Shown: one piece after another, positions 1-7,373 of the stretch
How positions within the stretch are numbered: position 1 is the stretch's first letter
Layout of the letters: every line of letters begins with the position of its first letter
Assembly (NCBI GenBank): GCA_964632795.1
Contig: CAZWEZ010000006.1
Coordinates: 1 to 61,859 of the forward strand
Direction of reading: 5' to 3'
Length of the DNA stretch: 61,859 nt
Source of the DNA: an uncultured Thalassospiraceae bacterium
GTDB lineage: Bacteria; Pseudomonadota; Alphaproteobacteria; Rhodospirillales; 2-02-FULL-58-16
Position numbers and translations under genes: made by a program
The notes under the pieces: generated by a model
Seen by the model: the letters and a program-made list of their open reading frames with translations, nothing else
Database searches by the model: none
What the model was told of the DNA's origin: nothing

Positions 1-289
1 GAACGAACCGGTTGGGGGATTCCTTGGCCGTGCGCAACCACCGCAGCAGCAGCAGCCCGTTGACCGGCGACATCACCAGATCGGAGATCACGATGTCCAG
101 CCCCAGCCCTCCCGACATCAGTCGATTGTCGTGCATGTCCTTGCAATAGTTGATCGCCTCGGCGCCGTCGACGGCGGTCGCAACCCGGCCGAACTTCAGC
201 GCCCGCAGCATGTCCCGAAAAATGTTGCGGACATAAAGATTGTCCTCGACGAGTAAAATGCTCAGGCGTTCAAGATTGTAGACGGCCAA
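1..289 (-). CDS. Response regulator receiver-domain protein (partial; runs off the left edge)
   Basis: Not in the ORF track. Manual minus-strand translation from TTG at 289 (GGAG upstream) gives MAVYNLERLSILLVEDNLYVRNIFRDMLRALKF...LDIVISDLVMSPVNGLLLLRWLR, with the LLVED acidic pocket and a D-x-x-M-x-P-x-x-G phosphoacceptor motif. Confidence 0.9.
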   Translation of the reverse strand, partial: MAVYNLERLSILLVEDNLYVRNIFRDMLRALKFGRVATAVDGAEAINYCKDMHDNRLMSGGLGLDIVISDLVMSPVNGLLLLRWLRTAKESPNRFV

Positions 290-567
290 TGTGGTGGCTC
301 CATACTTGAGATTTCACGGGATCATTCCCGGTCCGTCTTCACGGGCCCGACGATATCGCTCAGTACGGAACTCCGCTCACCCGGCAGCGTTTCGGCCTTT
401 TCGAGGAACAGGATATCCTATTTCCAGGAAACCACATACGTCTCCTTTTACGATCAGCTTTCCAGGCACCCCATCTTCAACATCGGCTATGGCGAATGGA
501 GCCCATTTCCACTATCGTCGGGTCATGTTTCAAGGGCTATCCGGGATGAACCTCTGAAAGGGGAGAC

Positions 568-960
568 ATGGGCGATCTCCAGGAAGACTCGGATGCGGAT
601 TGCTTCGGGGAGGACGACGATCCGGCCCGCTTTCAGGGTAATGAAGACGACCAAAATTACCTTGACCAACAGTTACCCGGCGGTGGCGGGGTGCGTCCCA
701 AGGACGTTCTTTCCACCCTCGACAAGCTGAACTCCATCTTTTTCACATTCCTCAGGATCGGCGACCTCATCGACCGCAAGAAGATCGATTCCAACCGCAT
801 CTACACGACGACCCAGGCGGCCAGGTTTCTGGGCACCGACCGCACCGAGGTCGTTCGCCTGATCCGCGACGGCAAACTCGCCGCCAGGATGTTGAACCAG
901 AACTACATGATCCTGGGAAGAAGCATCGTCAGCTGCTTGAGCCACAAGACCAACGACTAG
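568..960 (+). CDS. Small protein with acidic N-terminus and C-terminal excisionase-like (HTH_17) helix-turn-helix
   Basis: GGGAG RBS. YTTTQAARFLGTDRTEVVRLIRDGKLAARML matches the excisionase/MerR-like HTH pattern. Confidence 0.75.
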   Translation: MGDLQEDSDADCFGEDDDPARFQGNEDDQNYLDQQLPGGGGVRPKDVLSTLDKLNSIFFTFLRIGDLIDRKKIDSNRIYTTTQAARFLGTDRTEVVRLIRDGKLAARMLNQNYMILGRSIVSCLSHKTND

Positions 961-1031
961 TACTGACTTTCATAATTCCTCGCCCCATGTGACGGTCTTG
1001 CGCGGCTTCCGGCTAGGAGCGTGTCGCGCCG
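958..1031. repeat. MITE remnant: solo 35-bp terminus of the 28321 element plus a 28-bp motif shared with the 7061 element
   Basis: 958-992 TAGTACTGACTTTCATAATTCCTCGCCCCATGTGA is identical to 28321-28355. 1004-1031 matches the reverse complement of 7251-7278 at 25/28. Confidence 0.85.
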
Positions 1032-1065
1032 CGGTAGGCCGACATCATGGCTTGGTGGGCGATGC

Positions 1066-2058
1066 TCAACCCCACGGCCCGCGCCGTCGGGCACTTGTCC
1101 TCGCCACGGTCTCGTGCGATGTGTCGATGAAGGCCTCATCGGGGCCAGCTTCCGGAGCCGCGGCCACTTCCAACTGCCCGGCCGCCATCGTCGCCGCGCC
1201 AGTCGGAGGGTGGGTTGTCGGCATGGCGCGACTTGGCGCAACCGCGGGCTTTTCCTTTCGCCGTGCATCGGCGCCGATTAAGCGGATACGCCGCCGCTCG
1301 GGACCGACCTTCAAGACCCGGGGCCGCTGGCCACCGATTTCCCGCATCCCAACCGGCGCCAGGCCAATCTCCCGCGTCCGGCGCCGCGGCACGCCGATGA
1401 CCATGATCAGGGCGAGCCCGGCGACGAATCCGCCGATGTGCGCCCACCAGGCGATCCCGGCGGTATTTTCGGGGGCGAAGAGTCCGGCGACTCCCGACAC
1501 GAGTTGGAAGACGAACCATATCGCCGTATAGGCCACGGCCGGCAACCGGAACACGATCGGGAAGAACAGTACCGGCGCCAGCACGAAGACCCGCGCCCGC
1601 GGATACAGCAGGGTATAGCCGCCGAGAATGCCGGCGATGGCGCCCGATGCGCCAAGCGCCGGCAGCGGGGAGTTCAGGTTGAACACCAAATGGGCAAGAC
1701 TGGCGATGGCGCCGCTGACCAGATAGAACAAAACGAAACGCATCGCCCCCAGCCGTTCTTCCAGGGGCCGGCCGAACAGCCAAAGCGTCCACATGTTGAC
1801 GAGAAGATGCAGCCAACCGGCATGCATGAAGGTGTTGGTCAGCAGCGGCAGATAGTTGCCTGGATCGAGCCCCTGTTGGCGGGCGAAACCCGGCTGGGTG
1901 TAGCGGGCCGGCACCAGGGCGTTGTGCTGGATGAACTGCTCGGCGAGATCCGCCGGCAACCCACTCTGAACCAGGAATACCGCCACGTTGGCGATGATCA
2001 GCCCGATCACCGTGCCGGGTATTTCCTGGACCTCAATGGACGTTCGAATCGGTATCAT
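1066..2058 (-). CDS. Rhomboid family intramembrane serine protease
   Basis: HAGWLHLLVNMW, GASGAIAG (catalytic Ser) and WWAHIGGF (catalytic His); multiple TM segments. Confidence 0.95.
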   Translation of the reverse strand: MIPIRTSIEVQEIPGTVIGLIIANVAVFLVQSGLPADLAEQFIQHNALVPARYTQPGFARQQGLDPGNYLPLLTNTFMHAGWLHLLVNMWTLWLFGRPLEERLGAMRFVLFYLVSGAIASLAHLVFNLNSPLPALGASGAIAGILGGYTLLYPRARVFVLAPVLFFPIVFRLPAVAYTAIWFVFQLVSGVAGLFAPENTAGIAWWAHIGGFVAGLALIMVIGVPRRRTREIGLAPVGMREIGGQRPRVLKVGPERRRIRLIGADARRKEKPAVAPSRAMPTTHPPTGAATMAAGQLEVAAAPEAGPDEAFIDTSHETVARTSARRRGPWG

Positions 2059-2506
2059 CTGTGGCTTGCTCGACCTTGAGGATCACGCCATCGGTGCCGA
2101 CCACCCGGATGCGGTCGCCGGCCTCGAGGTCCTCGCCGGCGATCGTCCAGATCATGCCGTCGGCCTTGATCTTGCCGCGGCCGTTGACGATCGGCTGCTC
2201 CAGGTTGAACAGGCGGTCGACATACTGCTCGGCCCGACGGTTGAGCAGCGAGTCCTCGGTATGGCCCGGTCTGGTCCTCGCATACGCCCGCCAGGCGAAA
2301 AGACTCGCCACCGACAGGACCGCGAACAGCAACACCTGTGACTGCCATCCGATGTCGGCGGCGGCGAGCAGGACGAACCCGACGATCGCCGCCGCGATGC
2401 CCGGCCAGAGCAGGACGGTGCTGGGGACGAGCATCTCGATGGCGACCAGCAGGGTGGCAAGGACCCACCAATGCCAGAATTCGACACCTTCGAGAAAATC
2501 GATCAT
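2033..2506 (-). CDS. NfeD family membrane protein (short, YbbJ-like)
   Basis: N-terminal TM helices (WHWWVLATLLVAIEML) and C-terminal OB-fold motif GRGKIKADGMIW...G..IRVVGTDG; lies next to an SPFH gene. Confidence 0.92.
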   Translation of the reverse strand: MIDFLEGVEFWHWWVLATLLVAIEMLVPSTVLLWPGIAAAIVGFVLLAAADIGWQSQVLLFAVLSVASLFAWRAYARTRPGHTEDSLLNRRAEQYVDRLFNLEQPIVNGRGKIKADGMIWTIAGEDLEAGDRIRVVGTDGVILKVEQATDDTDSNVH

Positions 2507-2511
2507 TTCAA

Positions 2512-3444
2512 TCAGTTATCCTTCTTGCCGAAAGCCTCGCGGGCGATTTCGCTGATGCCGCCGATCGACGCGATCACGCTCGAAGCCTCGAGCGGCATGA
2601 ACAGAATCTTCTGATTGCTGCCGTGGGCGAATTCCTTCAGGGACTCGACATATTTCAGGGCGACGAAGTAGTTGATGGCTTGTATGTCGCCTTCGGCGAT
2701 CGCCTTGGACACCAACTGGGTCGCCATGGCCTCCGCCTCGGCCAGGCGTTCGCGCGCCTCGGCGTCGCGGTAGGCGGACTCCTTGCGGCCCTCGGCGGCG
2801 AGGATCACCGCCTGTTTCTCGCCCTCGGCCTTGAGGATCTCGGCCTGGCGCAGGCCCTCCGCCTCCAGGATGTTGGCGCGTTTGTCGCGCTCCGCCTTCA
2901 TCTGGCGGGCCATCGCGTCGACGATGTCACGCGGCGGGTCGATGTCCTTGATCTCCACACGGGTGACCTTGACCCCCCACGGCGTGGTGGCTTCGTCGAT
3001 CACGGCGAGCAGCCTGGCGTTGATGTGATCGCGCTGCGACAGAAGCTCGTCGAGGTCCATCGAGCCCATCACGGTGCGCAGGTTGGTCATCGCCAGGTTG
3101 AGCATGGCGTTTTCCAGGCTGGTCACCTCATAGGCCGCCTTGGCGGCGTCGAGCACCTGGAAGAACACCACGCCGTTGGCGGTGACCATGGCGTTGTCCT
3201 TGGTGATCACCTCCTGCTTGTCGACATCGAGCACGGTTTCCATGACGTTCATCTTGGCCCCGATGCGGTCGACGATCGGCATGATCATGTGGAACCCGGG
3301 GCGCAAGGTGCGGGTATAACGGCCGAAGCGCTCGACCGTGAACTCCCACCCCTGGGGCACCGGCTTGACGCTCATCATGACGAGCACCACGGAGAGCACC
3401 AGAAAGGTGATGACAAATATTGTAAAGCCGCCTATTTCCGGCAT
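2512..3444 (-). CDS. qmcA: SPFH/stomatin-like protein (QmcA family)
   Basis: ERFGRY, VITKDNA, WGVKVTRVEIKDI, MARQMKAER. Start moved to ATG 3444, which has a GAGGAGG RBS. Confidence 0.93.
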   Translation of the reverse strand: MPEIGGFTIFVITFLVLSVVLVMMSVKPVPQGWEFTVERFGRYTRTLRPGFHMIMPIVDRIGAKMNVMETVLDVDKQEVITKDNAMVTANGVVFFQVLDAAKAAYEVTSLENAMLNLAMTNLRTVMGSMDLDELLSQRDHINARLLAVIDEATTPWGVKVTRVEIKDIDPPRDIVDAMARQMKAERDKRANILEAEGLRQAEILKAEGEKQAVILAAEGRKESAYRDAEARERLAEAEAMATQLVSKAIAEGDIQAINYFVALKYVESLKEFAHGSNQKILFMPLEASSVIASIGGISEIAREAFGKKDN

Positions 3445-3610
3445 CGTGTCCTCCTCTGTCGAAAACGGTTTCAATGGCGCTGGTTGAGCCTGCCGCGCCG
3501 GCTCCAACCGTGACCGCGACCGCCCCAAGCGGTATCTACCGCGCGATCTCTGGATGATCGCGCTCGAGCTTGGCGAGGCTCTTTATCGCGTACCTTACCT
3601 CCCTGCTCGA

Positions 3611-3662
3611 TAGTGTCCTAATTTCTTTAGAGGCCGGTGCTGCTAATGAAATTAGGACACTA
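3611..3662. repeat. 52-bp TA-bounded inverted repeat (mini-MITE-like hairpin)
   Basis: TAGTGTCCTAATTTCTTTAG-12 nt-CTAATGAAATTAGGACACTA; the arms are 19/20 complementary. Confidence 0.75.
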
Positions 3663-3911
3663 CCCGCATATCTTCTCCGTGAGGTGGTCCTGGAAAATCG
3701 GAAAGGGCGCAAGACAAGAAGTGTGCAGTTCGCCGGTTCCGTTATCAAGGCCAAGCGGTTTATTTCCTGTGAAATGCCGGTTCGCGAACAAATCCTGAAT
3801 CCATGGAAATCCAAGTGCCTCCACCACCATTTCCGGCGACGATACTCCCTTGGATTCTTGGCGCCGATCGGTTTACCGTAGCCACCGATTCCGGGAAGGG
3901 AGATCGGCGAG

Positions 3912-4328
3912 GTGGACGTAGTGGAAAAGGACTTCAAATTCAAGCGCAGGACCTTCGAGGCCAACAAGGTCATCTTCGAGGAGGGGCGCCAGGGCAAGGC
4001 CGCCTACATGATCGTCTCCGGGGCGGTCGAGATCAGGAAGGGGTCCCGGGGCCGGAACCCGCTGGTCCTGGCCAAGCGCAAGAAGGGGGACGTCATCGGC
4101 GAGTTGGCGCTGATCGACAACCACCCCCACATGGCGGCCGCGGTGGCGGTGGTGAAAACCGAGGTCCTGGTGATCTCGCGCAAGGAGTTCCAGCACCGCA
4201 TCAAGGCCATGGACCCGGTGATGCAGGGCATCATCGGCCTGATGACCGAGCGCCTGCGCCAGATGGCCGACATGCTCCTCGAAGCCCGCGAGAACGTCAA
4301 CTGGTCCGACTGGAGCATGAACCCATAG
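3912..4328 (+). CDS. Stand-alone cyclic nucleotide-binding domain protein
   Basis: IFEEGRQGKAAYMIVSGAVEI...GDVIGELALIDNHPHMAAAVA is a cNMP-binding fold; there is no HTH. Confidence 0.9.
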   Translation: MDVVEKDFKFKRRTFEANKVIFEEGRQGKAAYMIVSGAVEIRKGSRGRNPLVLAKRKKGDVIGELALIDNHPHMAAAVAVVKTEVLVISRKEFQHRIKAMDPVMQGIIGLMTERLRQMADMLLEARENVNWSDWSMNP

Positions 4329-4379
4329 TTCCCCAGCGCCGACATCATCGGCGACCATTTCCTGCTGTCACCATTTCCA

Positions 4380-4907
4380 TTAATTGTCGCGGCTGTGGTC
4401 GTCGACGAATTTTCGCGACATTTCGCCGACGATCCTGGCGATGTTGGCCGGGTGTTCGGCCACCGGCGAGACGAACTTCACCTTGTTGGAATAGATCACC
4501 GCCTTGGTGACGAGGCTCCTCTTGTTGAACCTCAGCTTGCGGTATCCGGTGAAGGTCCAACCCTCCACGCCGATCATCGAAACGCAGCCGTAGACCGTGC
4601 CGTCGGTGGCCTTGGGCATCGCCGAATCGACGGTGATGGCGAGGGCGATGTCGATCTTGCTGTCGCGGATCTCGATGCCGGCGGCGGTAAGGGGTTCGGC
4701 GAAGGCGGACCTGAGGTCGTCCTCGCGGATCCCGCATTGTTCGGCCTCGAAGGCCAGGGCGACGAACAGGCCGATGGTGTTCACGCCTTCCAGCAGGTTG
4801 CCCCTGGTCTGGGCCCGCGAGGCGCCGGCCGACGCCAGGACCGCCGCCCACACCAGCGCGCCAACCAGACATCGGATAACGGTTCCCGTCCCCTCGCACG
4901 ATCGCAT
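4380..4907 (-). CDS. Hypothetical exported protein
   Basis: Signal-peptide-like N-terminus (ALVWAAVLASAGASRA) and genome-like codon usage; no family recognised. Confidence 0.65.
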   Translation of the reverse strand: MRSCEGTGTVIRCLVGALVWAAVLASAGASRAQTRGNLLEGVNTIGLFVALAFEAEQCGIREDDLRSAFAEPLTAAGIEIRDSKIDIALAITVDSAMPKATDGTVYGCVSMIGVEGWTFTGYRKLRFNKRSLVTKAVIYSNKVKFVSPVAEHPANIARIVGEMSRKFVDDHSRDN

Positions 4908-4978
4908 ACCCGGACTTTCCCTGCTTGCAAGGCGACCGTCAAGACCGCATCATCGGCAACCGCGGACGACGGACGAAA

Positions 4979-7039
4979 ATGACCCCACCCGATGACATGA
5001 AACTGGTGCCGATCGAGGACCTCCGGATGGTCAAGGGGGTGGCCCTGCCCAGCGTCATGACGTTCCGTCAGTTGATCATCACCGGTCCGCCGGGCTCGGG
5101 CAAGACGAGCCTCATCAACCGCCTCGGCGGGTGGCCCGAGGAGGGCTACATCGACCTCACCCTGAAGACCTGGTGGCGCGCCCAGGCGCTGACCTACCGG
5201 CCCCGCGAGGTCCACCTGGGGTTCCCCTTCGTCGGCCTCCCCGAGCCCCTGACCGTGTTCGAGAAGGACTGGCTGAGCCGGCATCCGCGGCCGGAGCTGG
5301 ACTTCGAGCGGATCGTCTTCCCGCCGCCCCGCAAGGGGTTCTTCCTCACCGAGCCGCGGACCCGGTTCGTGTTCGAGTTCCTGCTGCCCCCGGCCGAGGT
5401 GATTTACGCGTGGCGGCGCAAGCGCTCGCAACGGGGAGCCTATCCGGCCGACGACAACCTGAGCCTGGAACAGGTGCGGGACCAACTGGAGGTGTTCCGG
5501 GCCGCCGCCGTCCACTTCCACAACTCGAAGATGCAGGTCTACATCCGCCAGGCCGTCGCCGGCGCGCCGATGCGCTTCGACGACGGGGCGCGGGAGAGCT
5601 GGGCCGTCCCCCCGCCCGAGCCGGAACCGTCCGAGGCCTCCCCCCTGAGACGGCTGTACACCAGGTCGGGCAGGGCGCCGCGCTTCATGGCGACGGCCGA
5701 GCCGCAACCCCTACGAGGGGCGGTGCGGATTCCCTGGGACCACAACCCGTTCCAGATCCGCCTCGGCAAGCAGTACCTGTCCTTCTACCAGGAGTTCCCG
5801 CTCAACCCCCAGCTCCGGCGTCCGCCCCGGAGCTGGATCGCCGTCGACCCGGGAAACTTCTTTTCCGGCATCCGCGGCTTCGCCCGCATCGCCCCGGGAC
5901 GGCAGGTGTCGATCGGCCGCGGCAACGAAGACTACGACCGCCTGTTCCGGTTCTCCAACACCGTCGCCGCCCGCCATCTGAGCGTCGCCAACGAAAAGGG
6001 GGACCTGGTGCTCTCCGACCTGGACCCGGACGCCGAGACCTTCGTCACGGCGATCGAGGACCCCGAGGAGGCGAGCCGGATCGAGACCCGCCGCCAGGAG
6101 AACCTGGAACGGGTCCGCGAGGCCCTCGGCGGCCCGGTCGCCCTTCTTCCCCCCGAAGAGGCGCTGGAGACGCTTGGCGAGGTCAACCGGATCTTGGCCG
6201 GGGAACGCTACCGGGCGAAGGATTCGGAAGGCCGGCCGGGCGGGGTGCTGGAGATCCCGGCCAGGCTCCAGCCGGTGATCGTCGGCGACCTCCACGCCCA
6301 GGTCGACAACCTCCTCAAGGTGCTGTGCGAGAACGCCTTCCTCGAGCAGATGGCGGCCGACAAGGCGTGCATGATCATCCTCGGCGACGCCGTCCATTCG
6401 GAGGTCGACGGCCAGCTCGAGGACATGGAGAGCTCGCTGTTGATCATGGACCTGATCTTCAGGCTCAAGCGCCGGTTTCCCGACAACCTGTTCTACATCC
6501 GCGGCAACCACGACAGTTTCTCCCCCGAGGTCGGCAAGAGCGGCGTCCCCCAGAGCCTGATGATGCGCGACAGAATTCGCCGCGACAGGGGCCAGGACTA
6601 CGAGCAGGAGATGGTCCGCTTCCACCAGGGGCTGGCCTACGTGGCCAAGTCCGAAGGCTTCATCGCCTGCCACGCGGCGCCGGTGCGCTCGGAGGTGCCC
6701 CTCGAGATGCTGGTCGACCTGCGCAAGTACCCGGGGATGGCCCACGAGCTGGTCTGCAACCGGATCAAGCGGCCAGCCCATCCGCTGGGCTACACCAAGG
6801 GCGACGTCAAGCGCTTCCGCCGCTCCCTGGGCGTGCCCAAGCAGACGCCGCTGATCGTCGGCCACAACCCGCTGTCCAAGGAGGAAACCGCGTGGCCCAA
6901 CGCCGCCGGCTTCAAGAACCACCACATCACCTATTGCGGCCACCCCGACAAGCTGGCGGTGTTCATCCGCATCGGCCCCCAGATGGTGCCCCTCGAATAC
7001 CCCGCCGAACCCCTGATCGAGCTGATCAACGACGGCTGA
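4979..7039 (+). CDS. Fusion protein: P-loop NTPase + degenerate FHA domain + calcineurin-like (PPP) metallophosphoesterase
   Basis: Walker A GPPGSGKT; IGR...VAARHLSV...DLD (FHA-like); GDLHA, GDAVH, RGNHD, HAAP and GHNP phosphoesterase motifs. Start chosen at ATG 4979 (4925 or 4997 possible). Confidence 0.85.
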   Translation: MTPPDDMKLVPIEDLRMVKGVALPSVMTFRQLIITGPPGSGKTSLINRLGGWPEEGYIDLTLKTWWRAQALTYRPREVHLGFPFVGLPEPLTVFEKDWLSRHPRPELDFERIVFPPPRKGFFLTEPRTRFVFEFLLPPAEVIYAWRRKRSQRGAYPADDNLSLEQVRDQLEVFRAAAVHFHNSKMQVYIRQAVAGAPMRFDDGARESWAVPPPEPEPSEASPLRRLYTRSGRAPRFMATAEPQPLRGAVRIPWDHNPFQIRLGKQYLSFYQEFPLNPQLRRPPRSWIAVDPGNFFSGIRGFARIAPGRQVSIGRGNEDYDRLFRFSNTVAARHLSVANEKGDLVLSDLDPDAETFVTAIEDPEEASRIETRRQENLERVREALGGPVALLPPEEALETLGEVNRILAGERYRAKDSEGRPGGVLEIPARLQPVIVGDLHAQVDNLLKVLCENAFLEQMAADKACMIILGDAVHSEVDGQLEDMESSLLIMDLIFRLKRRFPDNLFYIRGNHDSFSPEVGKSGVPQSLMMRDRIRRDRGQDYEQEMVRFHQGLAYVAKSEGFIACHAAPVRSEVPLEMLVDLRKYPGMAHELVCNRIKRPAHPLGYTKGDVKRFRRSLGVPKQTPLIVGHNPLSKEETAWPNAAGFKNHHITYCGHPDKLAVFIRIGPQMVPLEYPAEPLIELINDG

Positions 7040-7060
7040 AACCAACGGCCCTTGATATGA

Positions 7061-7321
7061 TACCAAGGGGCACTGATAATGACCCATAGAGATCGCCTCG
7101 GCGTCCCGCCGGGTAGGAGGAAAGCCGCCGGCGATGCGGTGACATCGTCAAGGCTTTTCGACGCCCTCCGGCGGTACGCCGAGGCGACCGGAGGCGGCTT
7201 TCCAAGGCTTTCGGACAGCGTCGCGCGGCCCTTGTGATGGGCCGCCATCACGGCGAGCCACGCTCCTAGCCGAAAGCCTTGGAAAGCCGTCTCTATGGGT
7301 CATTATCAGTGCTCCTTGGTA
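7061..7321. mobile_element. 261-bp MITE-like element with 32-bp terminal inverted repeats and TA ends
   Basis: 7061-7092 TACCAAGGGGCACTGATAATGACCCATAGAGA vs the reverse complement of 7290-7321 (31/32). Internal perfect 19-bp IR at 7196-7214/7270-7288. Sits between convergent genes. Confidence 0.85.
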
Positions 7322-7373
7322 TTAGCCCCGGGGGTCGGCCAGGCCGGGTTTCGGGGAACCGCCGGACCCGGTG

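Noticed and set aside
291-557. 88-aa ORF in the track
   Set aside because: No recognisable motif or RBS; it lies in the AT-richer divergent promoter region between two real genes.
3536-3997. ORFs 3570-3881 (+) and 3536-3997 (-)
   Set aside because: Both run through the 52-bp palindrome, have atypical composition and lack RBS support; treated as spurious.
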